64,000 nucleotides of DNA from Thermoproteota archaeon. GTDB lineage: Archaea; Thermoproteota; Thermoprotei_A; Sulfolobales; Ignisphaeraceae. Every line of letters starts with the position of its first letter. Position 1 is the first letter of the stretch. Positions 48,525 through 58,769 of this stretch are shown one piece after another. The position numbers and the translations under genes were made by a program. The notes below the pieces were generated by a model, which was not told where the DNA came from, did not search any database, and saw nothing but the letters and a program-made list of their open reading frames with translations. The stretch lies in the NCBI GenBank assembly GCA_030550585.1, contig JAUQPB010000001.1, forward strand, positions 512,001-576,000, given 5' to 3'.

Positions 48525-49196
48525 ATGGGCAGGCTTTGGAATATGAGACCGCGTCCCAAGAGATTTCAGATTGTGCCAGACGAGTTTGCCATTGTCTTGG
48601 ATTACATGCCCATGGGCAATCCATACGATAAGCATACCCACCACAGAACAATGCCCATAGCCCAAGGTATAGGCACAAAATATTTCTCCCTCGTAGAGAT
48701 AGTGCCTGCAAGAGGGCAGGCGCTTGTAATTGGCGATAGAATTCCAATTTCCACAGCACCTGACAGACCTGGTTTAAAGGTTTTCGAGAGGCTGTTGTAC
48801 GAGGATTTAAGTACAATAGCAAAGGAAAATCTGGGTAAGGTTCTTACAAAAATTATTGAGGAAAAGGAGAAGGTTTTTGTAGAGTTTTTTAATGTTGCAG
48901 AGCCAATAAACATAAGGTTGCACAGCCTAGAGCTTTTACCAGGTATAGGAAAGAAGACATTGAGTATGATATTAGACGAAAGGAGGAAGAGCCCCTTTAC
49001 CAGTTTCGAGGATGTTAAAAGAAGGGTGAAGATTTCAGATCCAATAAAACTTTTTGTTGATAGAATCATTACTGAGCTACAGAGGATAGAGAGGTACTAC
49101 CTGTTTGTTGAGCCATACCCACCATCACCTGAATACAAATTCCTCAACTATTTAGAGTTGCTCTATAAGATAACTGGATATAGTGAGCCATGGTAA
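48525..49196 (+). CDS. DUF655 family predicted RNA-binding protein
   Basis: VLDY.P.G, AQGIG..YFSLVE, FFN.AEPI..RLHSLELLPGIGKK. Confidence 0.9.
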   Translation: MGRLWNMRPRPKRFQIVPDEFAIVLDYMPMGNPYDKHTHHRTMPIAQGIGTKYFSLVEIVPARGQALVIGDRIPISTAPDRPGLKVFERLLYEDLSTIAKENLGKVLTKIIEEKEKVFVEFFNVAEPINIRLHSLELLPGIGKKTLSMILDERRKSPFTSFEDVKRRVKISDPIKLFVDRIITELQRIERYYLFVEPYPPSPEYKFLNYLELLYKITGYSEPW

Positions 49197-50044
49197 AAGA
49201 TCTCATCAACATTTCATCTAAACAAGAGTTCAAGAATCGAGTAAGGGATATTCTGACCGAGAATGCTATAGCCATAAAGAAGAAACTGAGTCAAACATTT
49301 TTAGTCGACCCACATGAGCTGAAACTCATTGCTAAAATCGTTAAAAAAGAATCTGTGGATAAGCCATGTATTATGGAGATAGGTTCTGGCATAGGAAATC
49401 TAACAGTTTTTCTTGCCTTTGAGAACATAGACAAAACTATAATATCAGTTGAATATGATCAGCGATTCGCTAAGATATTGAAAGAGTTGCAAGAGGATTT
49501 CTATAACGTTGATGTTGTCATAGGAGATGCAAGACAGATCATTGCAAGTGTGAGGGGCTGTAATGTTGTAGTAGGCAACCTGCCTTACCATATAACCTCC
49601 CAACTACTGCTATCCATTGCAAAGGGCGTTTTCGACACCGTAATCGTGACCGTGCAGAAAGAGGTGGCTGGAAGAATAGCTTCTAGGCCTGGTACCAGAG
49701 GCTACGGAAAACTAACAGCTTTTTTGCAACACATGTTCTCGGTTAACTACATAAAAACCATTCCACTAAACAAATTTTATCCCAGACCAGAGGTTCATTC
49801 AGCTGTTTTGCTTCTCAAGCGCAAACACTATTATGATAGTTTTTCAGAGGTTTTTGAAGATATAGTTAAATGCTTATTTTTTTACAGAAGAAAGGTTGTT
49901 GCAAAAGCACTGAGTAGATGTATAGATAAAGAGATAGATGAAAAAATCGAGGGACTCGAAGAAATATGGAGAAAGAGGGTATATCAATTATCAGTAGAGG
50001 AGCTGGAGAAGATAGCACATATTTTTGCAAAGCTAAAGAGATAG
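49190..50044 (+). CDS. rsmA: 16S rRNA m6,2A dimethyltransferase KsgA/RsmA
   Basis: KKLSQTFL, EIGSGIG, GNLPYHITS, QKEVA.RI, F.P.PEV.S. Confidence 0.93.
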   Translation: MVKDLINISSKQEFKNRVRDILTENAIAIKKKLSQTFLVDPHELKLIAKIVKKESVDKPCIMEIGSGIGNLTVFLAFENIDKTIISVEYDQRFAKILKELQEDFYNVDVVIGDARQIIASVRGCNVVVGNLPYHITSQLLLSIAKGVFDTVIVTVQKEVAGRIASRPGTRGYGKLTAFLQHMFSVNYIKTIPLNKFYPRPEVHSAVLLLKRKHYYDSFSEVFEDIVKCLFFYRRKVVAKALSRCIDKEIDEKIEGLEEIWRKRVYQLSVEELEKIAHIFAKLKR

Positions 50045-50667
50045 AAACAATAAGTATTGATAATATTATGGTAGAACTCAATGAGGAGGTATACAAACCC
50101 TCTGACGATACATATATCGTTGTTGACACATTCAACGACTTGATGTATAAATCAGAGAAATCAATCAATTTGCTAATAGAGATAGGGTCTGGATCAGGCT
50201 ACATAACCATATCAATACTCAAGACAATATTGTCAAAGAGCGCACCTTATGCAATACTTATAGACATTTCTCCATGTGCCACAGCCAGCTCTTGGAACTC
50301 CATTAAACTCAACGGTTTGGATCCATATTCTGATGTTATACAATGCGATGGTTTATCATGCATACGCAACTTTGTAGCAGATACAATTGTTTTTAACCCA
50401 CCCTATCTCCCAGTAGAGGATAGTGGTTCGTGGTTAGCAAGGTCGTGGAGTGGTGGAGCTGACGGCATGTCTATATGGCTAAAGTTCTTTGTAGAGTCGT
50501 TGGATAGATGCAAACCGTCTGTATGCACTATAATATTCACATTATCGACATTGCAGGATCTAGAAAAAGCTTTGAGTTTGCTGGAGAGAAGCTGTATTGC
50601 TGTAGATTTTTATAGATGTAAAAGCTTCTTTTTTGAGACAATATGTGCAGCTGGCTGTAGTAGGTGA
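49966..50667 (+). CDS. HemK2/PrmC-family protein methyltransferase
   Basis: VYKPSDDT, EIGSGSG, FNPPY, WSGG.DG; real start probably later than 49966. Confidence 0.85.
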   Translation: MEKEGISIISRGAGEDSTYFCKAKEIETISIDNIMVELNEEVYKPSDDTYIVVDTFNDLMYKSEKSINLLIEIGSGSGYITISILKTILSKSAPYAILIDISPCATASSWNSIKLNGLDPYSDVIQCDGLSCIRNFVADTIVFNPPYLPVEDSGSWLARSWSGGADGMSIWLKFFVESLDRCKPSVCTIIFTLSTLQDLEKALSLLERSCIAVDFYRCKSFFFETICAAGCSR

Positions 50668-51389
50668 TTAAATTGCTAAAGGTTGTTGTTGTTGGGATTG
50701 AAGGGGAGGCCAACCTAGGATTTATCATAAGGCTTTGCAGAAATTTTGATGTTGATGAACTGGCCCTAGTGTCTCCAATAGCCAATGTGTGGTCTGATGA
50801 AGTCAAAAGGTTTGCTGCAAACGGTATAGACTTCCTTCTAAGTGGCAGGGTGAAGATATACCAAAATCTAGAGGACAGTTTAAAGGATGTTGGTATAGCA
50901 GCGTGCACCTCATCAGTTGTAGACACTAAAAGTGGCGATGTGCTCAGAAAAGCTATTGAGCTCGAAGATTTCATCAAAATAGCGTCGGCTTACTCAAGCA
51001 TTGCGGTAGTATTCGGAAGAGAGAGTGTTGGTTTGACACGAGAAGAGATAGCAAAGTGCCATATTCTTGTTCATATTGCGTCAAATCCAGAGTACCCTGT
51101 GCTGAATCTTAGCCACGCAGTAGCAATTATTTTGTACGAGCTTTATAAAGGATTGAAAAAACCCTCCCTCATAGAGAAAATCGATAGAGCAGATGAGGAA
51201 AGTCTAAAAATAGCAGAGAAGTATATAGATGTGTTGGCAAAATCGGTTGCAAGTGATGAGAGACAATATGAGATGTTTTCTCTAACACTCAAAAGACTCA
51301 TTAGAAAAGCTCCGCTATCAAAAGCTGAAATAGGTTTTCTAGTAACATTTATAAGGAGGTTGGCAAACAAAATACAGAAACAAGAGTAG
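50664..51389 (+). CDS. trmJ: TrmJ-like SPOUT tRNA 2'-O-methyltransferase
   Basis: NLGFI.R, VFGRESVGLT.EE, YPVLNLSHAV. Confidence 0.88.
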   Translation: MIKLLKVVVVGIEGEANLGFIIRLCRNFDVDELALVSPIANVWSDEVKRFAANGIDFLLSGRVKIYQNLEDSLKDVGIAACTSSVVDTKSGDVLRKAIELEDFIKIASAYSSIAVVFGRESVGLTREEIAKCHILVHIASNPEYPVLNLSHAVAIILYELYKGLKKPSLIEKIDRADEESLKIAEKYIDVLAKSVASDERQYEMFSLTLKRLIRKAPLSKAEIGFLVTFIRRLANKIQKQE

Positions 51390-51404
51390 CTGGGGGTTTG
51401 AGGA

Positions 51405-51911
51405 ATGCCCCAAAAACCGGCTAGGTGCTATACCAATCAGAGAAAGCCTCCATATACTAGAAAAGAGTATATTCATGGAATCCCACCCCCAAAAATAACA
51501 AAGTTTGTAATGGGAAACACAAAACTCAACGCTGAGGTAGTAGCAGTTCTCAAAGCGATGGAAAGAGGTGTTATAAGGCATAATGCATTAGAAGCTGCAA
51601 GAGTAATTGCCCACAAGTTCCTTAGCGGCGAGATTGGCGAGCAGAACTTTGTTTTAATAATAAGGAAGTATCCTCACCAAGTGTTAAGAGAGCATAAGAT
51701 GATGGCGTTTGCCGGAGCAGACAGGCTTCAAGAAGGTATGAGAAGAGCTTTTGGAAAGCCGGTTGGTGTTGGAGCTGTGGTAGAACCTCTGGATGAGCTA
51801 ATAGAGATTAGGGGTCTGGCACAACATACGGAGTTGTTAAAGGAGGCACTTAGAAGAGCGTCGTCAAAGCTTCCTGTTAGATGTACTATAGAGATAAGGC
51901 GGCTGAAGTAG
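51405..51911 (+). CDS. rpl10e: 50S ribosomal protein L16/L10e (uL16)
   Basis: PARCY, ALEAAR, AGADRLQEGMRRAFGKP. Confidence 0.97.
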   Translation: MPQKPARCYTNQRKPPYTRKEYIHGIPPPKITKFVMGNTKLNAEVVAVLKAMERGVIRHNALEAARVIAHKFLSGEIGEQNFVLIIRKYPHQVLREHKMMAFAGADRLQEGMRRAFGKPVGVGAVVEPLDELIEIRGLAQHTELLKEALRRASSKLPVRCTIEIRRLK

Positions 51912-51918
51912 CAAAGCC

Positions 51919-52908
51919 ATGAGTTTTTGTAATGACTATGACTTTGAAATAGATAATATAGTTAAATTTATTGAGGAGAATAAAGCTAGGAAAATTCTTT
52001 TGCAGATGCCAGAAGGGCTACAAGTATGCTCATCACTTATTGTAGATTCTTTAAAGAACAGGCTTGGCGATTCGATAGAGATATATCTCTCGCTGAATCC
52101 ATCGTACGGTTCTTGCCTTGTTGACGAATATGGCGCTTCTGAGATTGGAGCTGATGTGGTTATTCATATTGGGCATGATGAATATCCATTATACAAGCCT
52201 AGAAAGCCTACTCTATTTATACGAGGCGACTACAAGAAGATCGATAAAGAAAAAATTAGAGAAACGTTAAAAAGTATATGCAATGAATATCCGCAACCAG
52301 TTTGTGTTGCGTCAACGGCTCAACATATTAAAGAATTAAATGGTATTTTAAATAATATAGATGCTTGTAGCACATTGTTCAAAGGGATTATACTGGGCTG
52401 TGTTCCCGCAGATACAAAAGAATGTGGTATTGATGTTATTGTTGCCGGCGGCAGGTTCCATTGTATTGCTCAAGCACTCAACAACTATTCGAAATATGGA
52501 CGCGCAAAAACCATTTGCATAGATCCCTATACTAATATTGTTTGGAATCCAGAGAAGGAGGTTGAAAAAATTTTGCGTGTTAGACTATGGAAAGTTAGGG
52601 AGGCATTTGATGCTAGGAAATGGCTTATAATCGACGGCTTTTATGGGCAACATAGACAAAGTGTAGTTGATCTGATAACAAACGAAATAAAGAAGCGTGG
52701 TATGGGCTATCTAATTGTTAAGGCGCTGAAGATTGACAGAAGTCTTCTAGACAATATATATGCAGGTGAAGGCTTTGACGCTGTTGCAGTTGTTGCATGT
52801 CCACACATAGCGTTTGATTTGATGGATTATAGCAGACCTGTACTAACAGTGGGAGAGGCTTTGATGGCTCTACACAAGGATATTACTAGGTATAGATATC
52901 CATGGTAG
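51919..52908 (+). CDS. dph2: Diphthamide biosynthesis protein Dph2
   Basis: LQMPEGL, YGSC, HIGH, ILGC, GGRFH, VACP: three Fe-S cysteines. Confidence 0.92.
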   Translation: MSFCNDYDFEIDNIVKFIEENKARKILLQMPEGLQVCSSLIVDSLKNRLGDSIEIYLSLNPSYGSCLVDEYGASEIGADVVIHIGHDEYPLYKPRKPTLFIRGDYKKIDKEKIRETLKSICNEYPQPVCVASTAQHIKELNGILNNIDACSTLFKGIILGCVPADTKECGIDVIVAGGRFHCIAQALNNYSKYGRAKTICIDPYTNIVWNPEKEVEKILRVRLWKVREAFDARKWLIIDGFYGQHRQSVVDLITNEIKKRGMGYLIVKALKIDRSLLDNIYAGEGFDAVAVVACPHIAFDLMDYSRPVLTVGEALMALHKDITRYRYPW

Positions 52909-53546
52909 TGAGAACCAAGAAAGAGCTGGAGATGTTGCTGAACCAAACACCCCCTTTTCCAAGACCAAAACAATTTTTAGAGCAGTATCTGTGTGATAGC
53001 AGAATTGCTAGCGAAATGCTTTGGAATGCCTACATATCTGGTGACATAAGGGATAAGATCGTTGCTGATCTGGGTTGCGGCACCGGGATGCTTGCGTACG
53101 GAGCTCTAATTCTCGGCTCTAAAGAAGTGATATGCATAGATATTGACTGTGAGGCCATTCTAACTGCAAAAAACTTTTTGTCTAGCAAAAACCTTTTTAA
53201 TGCTAGTTTCATATGCGCTGATGTAAACGTGTTGAGCCTGAGGGCTGTGGATACAATAGTTATGAATCCCCCATTTGGTGTTTATAGACAAAAATCGGAT
53301 ATGCAGTTTTTGGAAAGTGCATTGAGATTAAGGCCTAGAGCCATATACACAATACATAAATACTCTCAAAAGCTATTTAATATTATAAAAAGTAAGTTGG
53401 ATATGCGTGAAGATGATTTTAAGATGTTGCCACTGCTTTTAGATAACATGATTATTCACGCATCATATGGTCACCATAGGAAACGCGTACATAGGTTCCG
53501 CATAATTGTGCTAAAAATTAAAAGAGAGGTGGAAGCACATGGATAA
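52902..53546 (+). CDS. METTL5-family RNA adenine methyltransferase
   Basis: LEQY, DLGCGTG, MNPPFG, HRKR. Confidence 0.88.
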   Translation: MVVRTKKELEMLLNQTPPFPRPKQFLEQYLCDSRIASEMLWNAYISGDIRDKIVADLGCGTGMLAYGALILGSKEVICIDIDCEAILTAKNFLSSKNLFNASFICADVNVLSLRAVDTIVMNPPFGVYRQKSDMQFLESALRLRPRAIYTIHKYSQKLFNIIKSKLDMREDDFKMLPLLLDNMIIHASYGHHRKRVHRFRIIVLKIKREVEAHG

Positions 53547-54102
53547 CAAAATCGTGGTTCCAGGAGAATTCTTGTGTACAGAAGAGGAGTTCATGGCGTA
53601 TACCGGCACCTATGTAGAGGAAGGCATAATAAGAGCTGTTGTCATGGGCCGTCCAGTGTTTGACCTAATCAATAGAAGGGTATACATAAAACCTGTAAAG
53701 GATGTTAAAATACCGAAAAGCGGGGATGTTGTAATAGGTCTTGTGGAGCAGATGAGAGATGAAATTGCTATGATAAGGCTTTTAGGATATGATGTAAATA
53801 AGCCGTTTAAACATGAGTTTAGGGGCGTGCTGCACATCTCACAAGCATCGAATTCTAGGATCCAGAGTTTATATGATGTTATCAGAATTGGTGATATAAT
53901 AAGGGTGAAGATACTTAATAGCTATATACCATATGTTGTAACAGCCAAAGATGTGAAACTAGGTGTTATAGCAGCATATTGCTCTAGATGTGGAGCTCCA
54001 CTAGTGAAGGAGAAAAACAGTGATGCTCTAAGATGCAGCAGTTGTGGAAATGTTGAGACAAGAAAAATAGCACCAGATTACATGTTCACTAATAAAAGGT
54101 GA
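53539..54102 (+). CDS. csl4: Exosome RNA-binding subunit Csl4
   Basis: VVPGE.L..EEE, S1 domain, LGVI.A.CSRCG...CSSCG.VETRK. Confidence 0.95.
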   Translation: MDNKIVVPGEFLCTEEEFMAYTGTYVEEGIIRAVVMGRPVFDLINRRVYIKPVKDVKIPKSGDVVIGLVEQMRDEIAMIRLLGYDVNKPFKHEFRGVLHISQASNSRIQSLYDVIRIGDIIRVKILNSYIPYVVTAKDVKLGVIAAYCSRCGAPLVKEKNSDALRCSSCGNVETRKIAPDYMFTNKR

Positions 54103-54106
54103 TCTT

Positions 54107-54721
54107 ATGGGTGGGGTTTTCATAGAGAGAACATTTTCATATTCTTGTCCGTCAAGAACCTTGTGCCTAGAGCTTTTAGAAAAAATAGATGAGGAGTTAT
54201 CTCTAGAAGCAGAATTGTTTGCAGAACTGAAGCACGATAAAATTGTTTTTAGAGTAGTGGGTCTAGAACCATATGTAGAATCGGCCATAAAAAAGATTAG
54301 AGAGTACATATCACAGTTTATGATGATAAAATCGATTAACCCACGAAATGGGGTATCGGCTGAGCAATTGGCGAAGCTAGTGCGTAGAACAATACCACTA
54401 GATGTTTTGGCAGAGGTTTTGCGAAGGCAGGGGGTACGAAACATTATTTTGAGAGGTTCTATAATCTATGCAGACACGGATTTAGAAACTATCGAGATGT
54501 TTGCACAGCACATAGCAAAAGCTTTTGACAGGGTTTCTAATGCTGGGTACTCATATAATTTGAAAAAATTGATTGTAGCTGCAGTTGCTCTCTACAATAT
54601 TGGAGAGTCTGAGGTGCTCGACATGTTAAGCGAAATAAATGCTATTGATGATAAGTTGGAGCTTAAGGTGCCGTGGCAAGAAGCGTTAAAATACATTGAA
54701 GAAAGACTTATTTCGACTTAA
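54107..54721 (+). CDS. DUF2067-like crenarchaeal protein
   Basis: Position between csl4 and rpo11; IPLDVL.E.LR pattern; family call mainly from synteny. Confidence 0.6.
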   Translation: MGGVFIERTFSYSCPSRTLCLELLEKIDEELSLEAELFAELKHDKIVFRVVGLEPYVESAIKKIREYISQFMMIKSINPRNGVSAEQLAKLVRRTIPLDVLAEVLRRQGVRNIILRGSIIYADTDLETIEMFAQHIAKAFDRVSNAGYSYNLKKLIVAAVALYNIGESEVLDMLSEINAIDDKLELKVPWQEALKYIEERLIST

Positions 54722-54782
54722 AAAATATAAGCTTTGATTATGCTGTGAAATTATATCTTAAGCTAGTTAAATGGTGATTTAA

Positions 54783-55091
54783 TTGCCTATACGTTTAGAG
54801 CTAAAAAAGCTTACTGATAGAGAACTGAGGGTGGTTATCTATGATGAGGATAAGCACTCTTTGCCAAATCTATTATCGAAGCTTGCCTTGAAAAAACCTG
54901 GAGTGGTTTACGCAGCATACATGATTGAGCATCCAATAACGTCCTACCCAGAGGTTGTCATAGTGACTGATGGTAGCAGAAAACCGCTGGAGATATTCGA
55001 AGAGGTTGTCCAAGATGCGCAGAAACTTGTTGAAGAGTTTTCTCTAAAGCTTGAAGAGGCCTTGAAAAATGCAACTAAAGAAAGAAAGTAG
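54783..55091 (+). CDS. rpo11: DNA-directed RNA polymerase subunit Rpo11 (L)
   Basis: EDKHSLPNLL, V.YAAY.IEHP, TDG..P. Confidence 0.92.
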   Translation: MPIRLELKKLTDRELRVVIYDEDKHSLPNLLSKLALKKPGVVYAAYMIEHPITSYPEVVIVTDGSRKPLEIFEEVVQDAQKLVEEFSLKLEEALKNATKERK

Positions 55092-55421
55092 AATTTTTGT
55101 AGTTGACGCTCTAGACGATGAGATCATAGGATTTGTTATAAGAGGTTTGATAGGCATAGAAGATGCTGTCATATTCAAGGATTGCGATGCACTAGAAAAT
55201 TTTTAAAGAGTAAGCGGGGTCTTGCAGGAGAGATAAACTATATAATTGATTTGACGGGCAAATGCCAGTACAAGTCTGTTTCAATTGGGAGAATCATAAA
55301 AATTGATGACATTGAGGATGATCAGTTACGAAATGTTGTAAACAATGTCATTGATGTTATAAAACTTATAAAGGTAAGGCTTTTAGTAATGAAAACAGTT
55401 CTTAGTTTGGGAGATGATTAA
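55069..55421 (+). pseudogene. Split hypothetical gene (55069-55206 and -1 frame to 55421): frameshifted, recoded or sequencing indel
   Basis: 45-codon ORF from ATG 55069 ends GAA AAT TTT TAA; -1 frame continues 72 codons to TAA 55421. Confidence 0.6.
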
Positions 55422-55464
55422 GGTTTTAAGATCTGACAACTGATGAAAAACCCACGCTATGATC
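55412..55464 (+). ncRNA. Candidate box C/D sRNA
   Basis: ATGATTA 55414-20, 12 nt, CTGA 55433-36, CTGATGA 55440-46, 12 nt, ATGA 55459-62; terminal boxes imperfect. Confidence 0.45.
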
Positions 55465-56920
55465 CGGTGTTTTTCATCTTATCAAGCATACTTAATATAA
55501 TCTCTCTTACGAGTTGGGGATCAGCTCTTCCACCAGTTTTCTTCATAACAAGGCCAATGAGATAATTTATAGCCTTTGGATTCTCTAAAGCATCTTGAAC
55601 AGCCTTTGGACTTTCTCTAAACACCTCTTCAACAACGCTCTTAAGATATTCCTTATCAGCTAGTCTTGTATAGCCAGATGATTTAACATAGTCTTCAACA
55701 TCAATGCCATCTCTTATTATCTGTGGCAACAGTTCTTTGACCATTTTAACTGAAAGTGTTCCCTCATCCCACAGCCTCAAAAGTTTGACTATCTGCAATG
55801 GGTCTAGCCTCAAGTTTTTATAGTCGATATTGAATTCATTTATCCATCTGAGAAAATCTGTTATGAGTAAATCAGCCAACTTTTTGTATTTGTCGTAGTG
55901 CTTGGCACACGTCTCAAATAAGTCGGCAAGCCATTTGTTTAGAACTAGGACGGTTGCTCTATATTCATCTAGGCTATACTGCTTCATAAATCTATCTATT
56001 CTTTCGTCTGGTAGCTCTGGAAGAGACTTTGTTATTTGTTCTATGAGTTCCTTGCTTATCCTTAGAGGGGGCAGATCAGGGTCCGGGAAATATCTATAGT
56101 CCTCTTCAAATTCTTTAGATCTTAAAGATATGGTCACCCCTTTATTAGAATCCCAATGCCTGGTCTCTCTTTCTATCTTCCCCCCTCCTGCAATAATTCT
56201 CCTCTGTCTAACAATTTCATAGGTTAAAGCCTTTTCAACATCCCTTATAGACCCAATATTCTTTATTTCAACTCTTCCAAACCCCTCAAAAGAAATATTT
56301 GCATCAACTCTGAAGGCCCCTTCAAGCCCTGGGTCTGTAACTCCTAGGTATTCTAGTATTGCTATGAGCTTCTCTAGGAATATTCTAGCCTCTTTTGGAC
56401 TTTCAATATCTGGCTCTGTAACAATTTCCAAAAGTGCTACACCAGATCTATTATAATCTATGAGACTATATGGACTTGTCTCAATACTTCCTAAATATAC
56501 GATTCTCCCCGGATCCTCCTCAATATTGATCCTTCTAATCCTTACAATTTTTGGCTTTCCATCCACTATTATCTTTACATAGCCATTTTTAGCAATTGGG
56601 GCGAAGCCCGGCCCTATATACTGAGAGATCTGATAGTTCTTAGGGAGATCTGGGTAGAAATAGTGCTTTCTCACAAACATTAATCTATCGCTTATTTCAC
56701 AGTTCAGCGCTTTGGCAACAGCAATAGCATATTCAACAGCTTTTCTGTTCACTGTAGGCAGGGTTCCAGGAAGCCCTAAGCAAACAGGGCATACATGTGT
56801 GTTCGGCTTCTTCTCTCTATAATCAGCTGAGGTCGCGCAAAACAGCTTTGTCTTCAACTTTGTTAACTGCACATGGATCTCAAGACCTATAATTGTTTTT
56901 AGAGTCTGGTTGCTGCTCAT
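55457..56920 (-). CDS. gatB: Asp-tRNA(Asn)/Glu-tRNA(Gln) amidotransferase subunit B
   Basis: IGLEIHVQL, YFYPDLPKNYQISQ, DYNRSG..LLEIVTEP, YRYFPDPDLP. Confidence 0.98.
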   Translation of the reverse strand: MSSNQTLKTIIGLEIHVQLTKLKTKLFCATSADYREKKPNTHVCPVCLGLPGTLPTVNRKAVEYAIAVAKALNCEISDRLMFVRKHYFYPDLPKNYQISQYIGPGFAPIAKNGYVKIIVDGKPKIVRIRRINIEEDPGRIVYLGSIETSPYSLIDYNRSGVALLEIVTEPDIESPKEARIFLEKLIAILEYLGVTDPGLEGAFRVDANISFEGFGRVEIKNIGSIRDVEKALTYEIVRQRRIIAGGGKIERETRHWDSNKGVTISLRSKEFEEDYRYFPDPDLPPLRISKELIEQITKSLPELPDERIDRFMKQYSLDEYRATVLVLNKWLADLFETCAKHYDKYKKLADLLITDFLRWINEFNIDYKNLRLDPLQIVKLLRLWDEGTLSVKMVKELLPQIIRDGIDVEDYVKSSGYTRLADKEYLKSVVEEVFRESPKAVQDALENPKAINYLIGLVMKKTGGRADPQLVREIILSMLDKMKNTGS

Positions 56921-56928
56921 AACCCCAC

Positions 56929-58401
56929 CTAAGGCTGCGCCAAAATGTCTCTAAAGCCAGTTCTATCCTCTAGTTGTTTAGCTACATACAATAGCAATGG
57001 CTCGGAGAACTGTTTCGCCATTGCTTGTAGCCCTACTGGAAGACCATTATAGAAGTCCACTGGAATGCTAATTGCAGGTATGCCAACAAGATTCGCTGCT
57101 ACGGTATTTACATCTGCTAGGTAGATTCTCAATGGATCCTTAAAAAATTCGCCTAGTCTAGGTGGTAAAATTGGCATTGTAGGGCTTACAACAATGTCGT
57201 GGTCCTTGAATATTTGATCGAATCTCTCCTTGAGAACTCTTCTCAATTTTAGAGCTCTAATATAGTACATGTCTCGGTAACCAGCGCTAAGTATGTATGC
57301 TCCTATGGCAATTCTCTTTCTAACTTCATAGCCGAAACCCTTTGTCCTAACCTCTGTGAAAGCTTCGTCCCAGCTCCTATTGGTAAAATCTATCTTCATA
57401 CCATATCTAACCCCATCAAATCTTGCAAGATTCGAGCTGGCCTCAGCCATTGCAATAATGTAGTATGCGGCGATTATTTGTTTTGAGAATGGCAATGAAA
57501 TTTCTTGGCATTCGTGGTACGAGCATAGCAAATCCACGGCTTTAGTAGCCGCTTTTTTAACAGGTTCTTCAGATCCCTCGAAAAATTCCTTTATAATACC
57601 TATTCTAAGTTTAGGCTCTTTGTGATAGAGTTTATACAGCTCTTGAACATAGTCAACGCTTTGTACAAAGGGTACAGAAGTTGAATCGCGAGGGTCGTGA
57701 CCAGCTATAACACTTAGCAAAATCGCTAAATCAACCACGTTTCGGGCCATCGGACCTATCTGATCCATGCTACTGGCATAAGCTATTAATCCATATCTGC
57801 TAACCAGGCCGTATGTCGGCTTCAAACCATAAACTCCGCAAAAGGATGCAGGATTTCTTATAGAACCCCCAGTATCGGATCCTAATGCAAGAGGGGCTTC
57901 TCCAGATGCTAATGCAGTAGCGCTGCCCCCAGAGGATCCGCCAGGAACTCTTGTCGTATCCCAAGGATTTTTGGTGGGGTAAAAAGCGCTTGTCTCTGTG
58001 GTAGAGCCCATGGCAAATTCATCCATGTTTGTCTTGCCTATTATTATACCACCTTCTCTCATTATTTTCTCAACAACTGTGGCATTATATGGAGGAACAT
58101 AGTTTTCAAGCATCTTCGAGGCGCAAGTTGTTCTAATACCTTTGGTTGAGATGTTATCCTTAACAGCTATCGGTATTCCAAAAAGCTTTAGGTTGTCAAT
58201 TCTATGCTTGTTTTCCTTGATCAGATTTTCTACATATCTATCTAAAGTCTCTTGTGGTATGATGGTAATAAAGGACTGGATTTTGTTTTCAACTCTTTTT
58301 ATATTATCGTATAAAGAATCGAGATAGTCAAAAACCTTTGATGGATCTATCTTAAACTCTTCAACAAGTTTGTGGACAGGCATCGACAGATATTTACTCA
58401 T
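56929..58401 (-). CDS. gatA: Amidotransferase subunit A
   Basis: KDNI, GKTNMDEFAMGS, PGGSSGGS, GSDTGGSIR, SSNLARFDG. Confidence 0.98.
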   Translation of the reverse strand: MSKYLSMPVHKLVEEFKIDPSKVFDYLDSLYDNIKRVENKIQSFITIIPQETLDRYVENLIKENKHRIDNLKLFGIPIAVKDNISTKGIRTTCASKMLENYVPPYNATVVEKIMREGGIIIGKTNMDEFAMGSTTETSAFYPTKNPWDTTRVPGGSSGGSATALASGEAPLALGSDTGGSIRNPASFCGVYGLKPTYGLVSRYGLIAYASSMDQIGPMARNVVDLAILLSVIAGHDPRDSTSVPFVQSVDYVQELYKLYHKEPKLRIGIIKEFFEGSEEPVKKAATKAVDLLCSYHECQEISLPFSKQIIAAYYIIAMAEASSNLARFDGVRYGMKIDFTNRSWDEAFTEVRTKGFGYEVRKRIAIGAYILSAGYRDMYYIRALKLRRVLKERFDQIFKDHDIVVSPTMPILPPRLGEFFKDPLRIYLADVNTVAANLVGIPAISIPVDFYNGLPVGLQAMAKQFSEPLLLYVAKQLEDRTGFRDILAQP

Positions 58402-58403
58402 TT

Positions 58404-58706
58404 TTATGCACCAACAGTTTTGGGGGCTTTAACGTAGTCGTTCTCTAGAATGGCATTATCCTTGAGTAGCTCATGATTCTCGTCAATGGCATCCAATACC
58501 TCATCTTCTCTCAGAGGCAGCTCTATCTCAACAACATGATATAGTGGCTCAACATTGTCAAGACCTTCAACCTTCATAACCTCATTGAATAGTTCTATCA
58601 CTTTTTTAATCTCTTCATAAACCCTCTTTTTCTCTTCCTCATTAAACTTAATAAGCGTTAATCGCTCCAAATACTCTAAAATATTGCTATCGCTTGAGCT
58701 CAACAA
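58404..58706 (-). CDS. gatC: Amidotransferase subunit C
   Basis: VEPL.H, LRED, NA....YVKAPK; directly upstream of gatA. Confidence 0.9.
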   Translation of the reverse strand: MLSSSDSNILEYLERLTLIKFNEEEKKRVYEEIKKVIELFNEVMKVEGLDNVEPLYHVVEIELPLREDEVLDAIDENHELLKDNAILENDYVKAPKTVGA

Positions 58707-58769
58707 ATATACACCCTTAGTCTAGGCTAGATATAACACTATTTTAGTCTAAAAATCTATTTAAGAACC

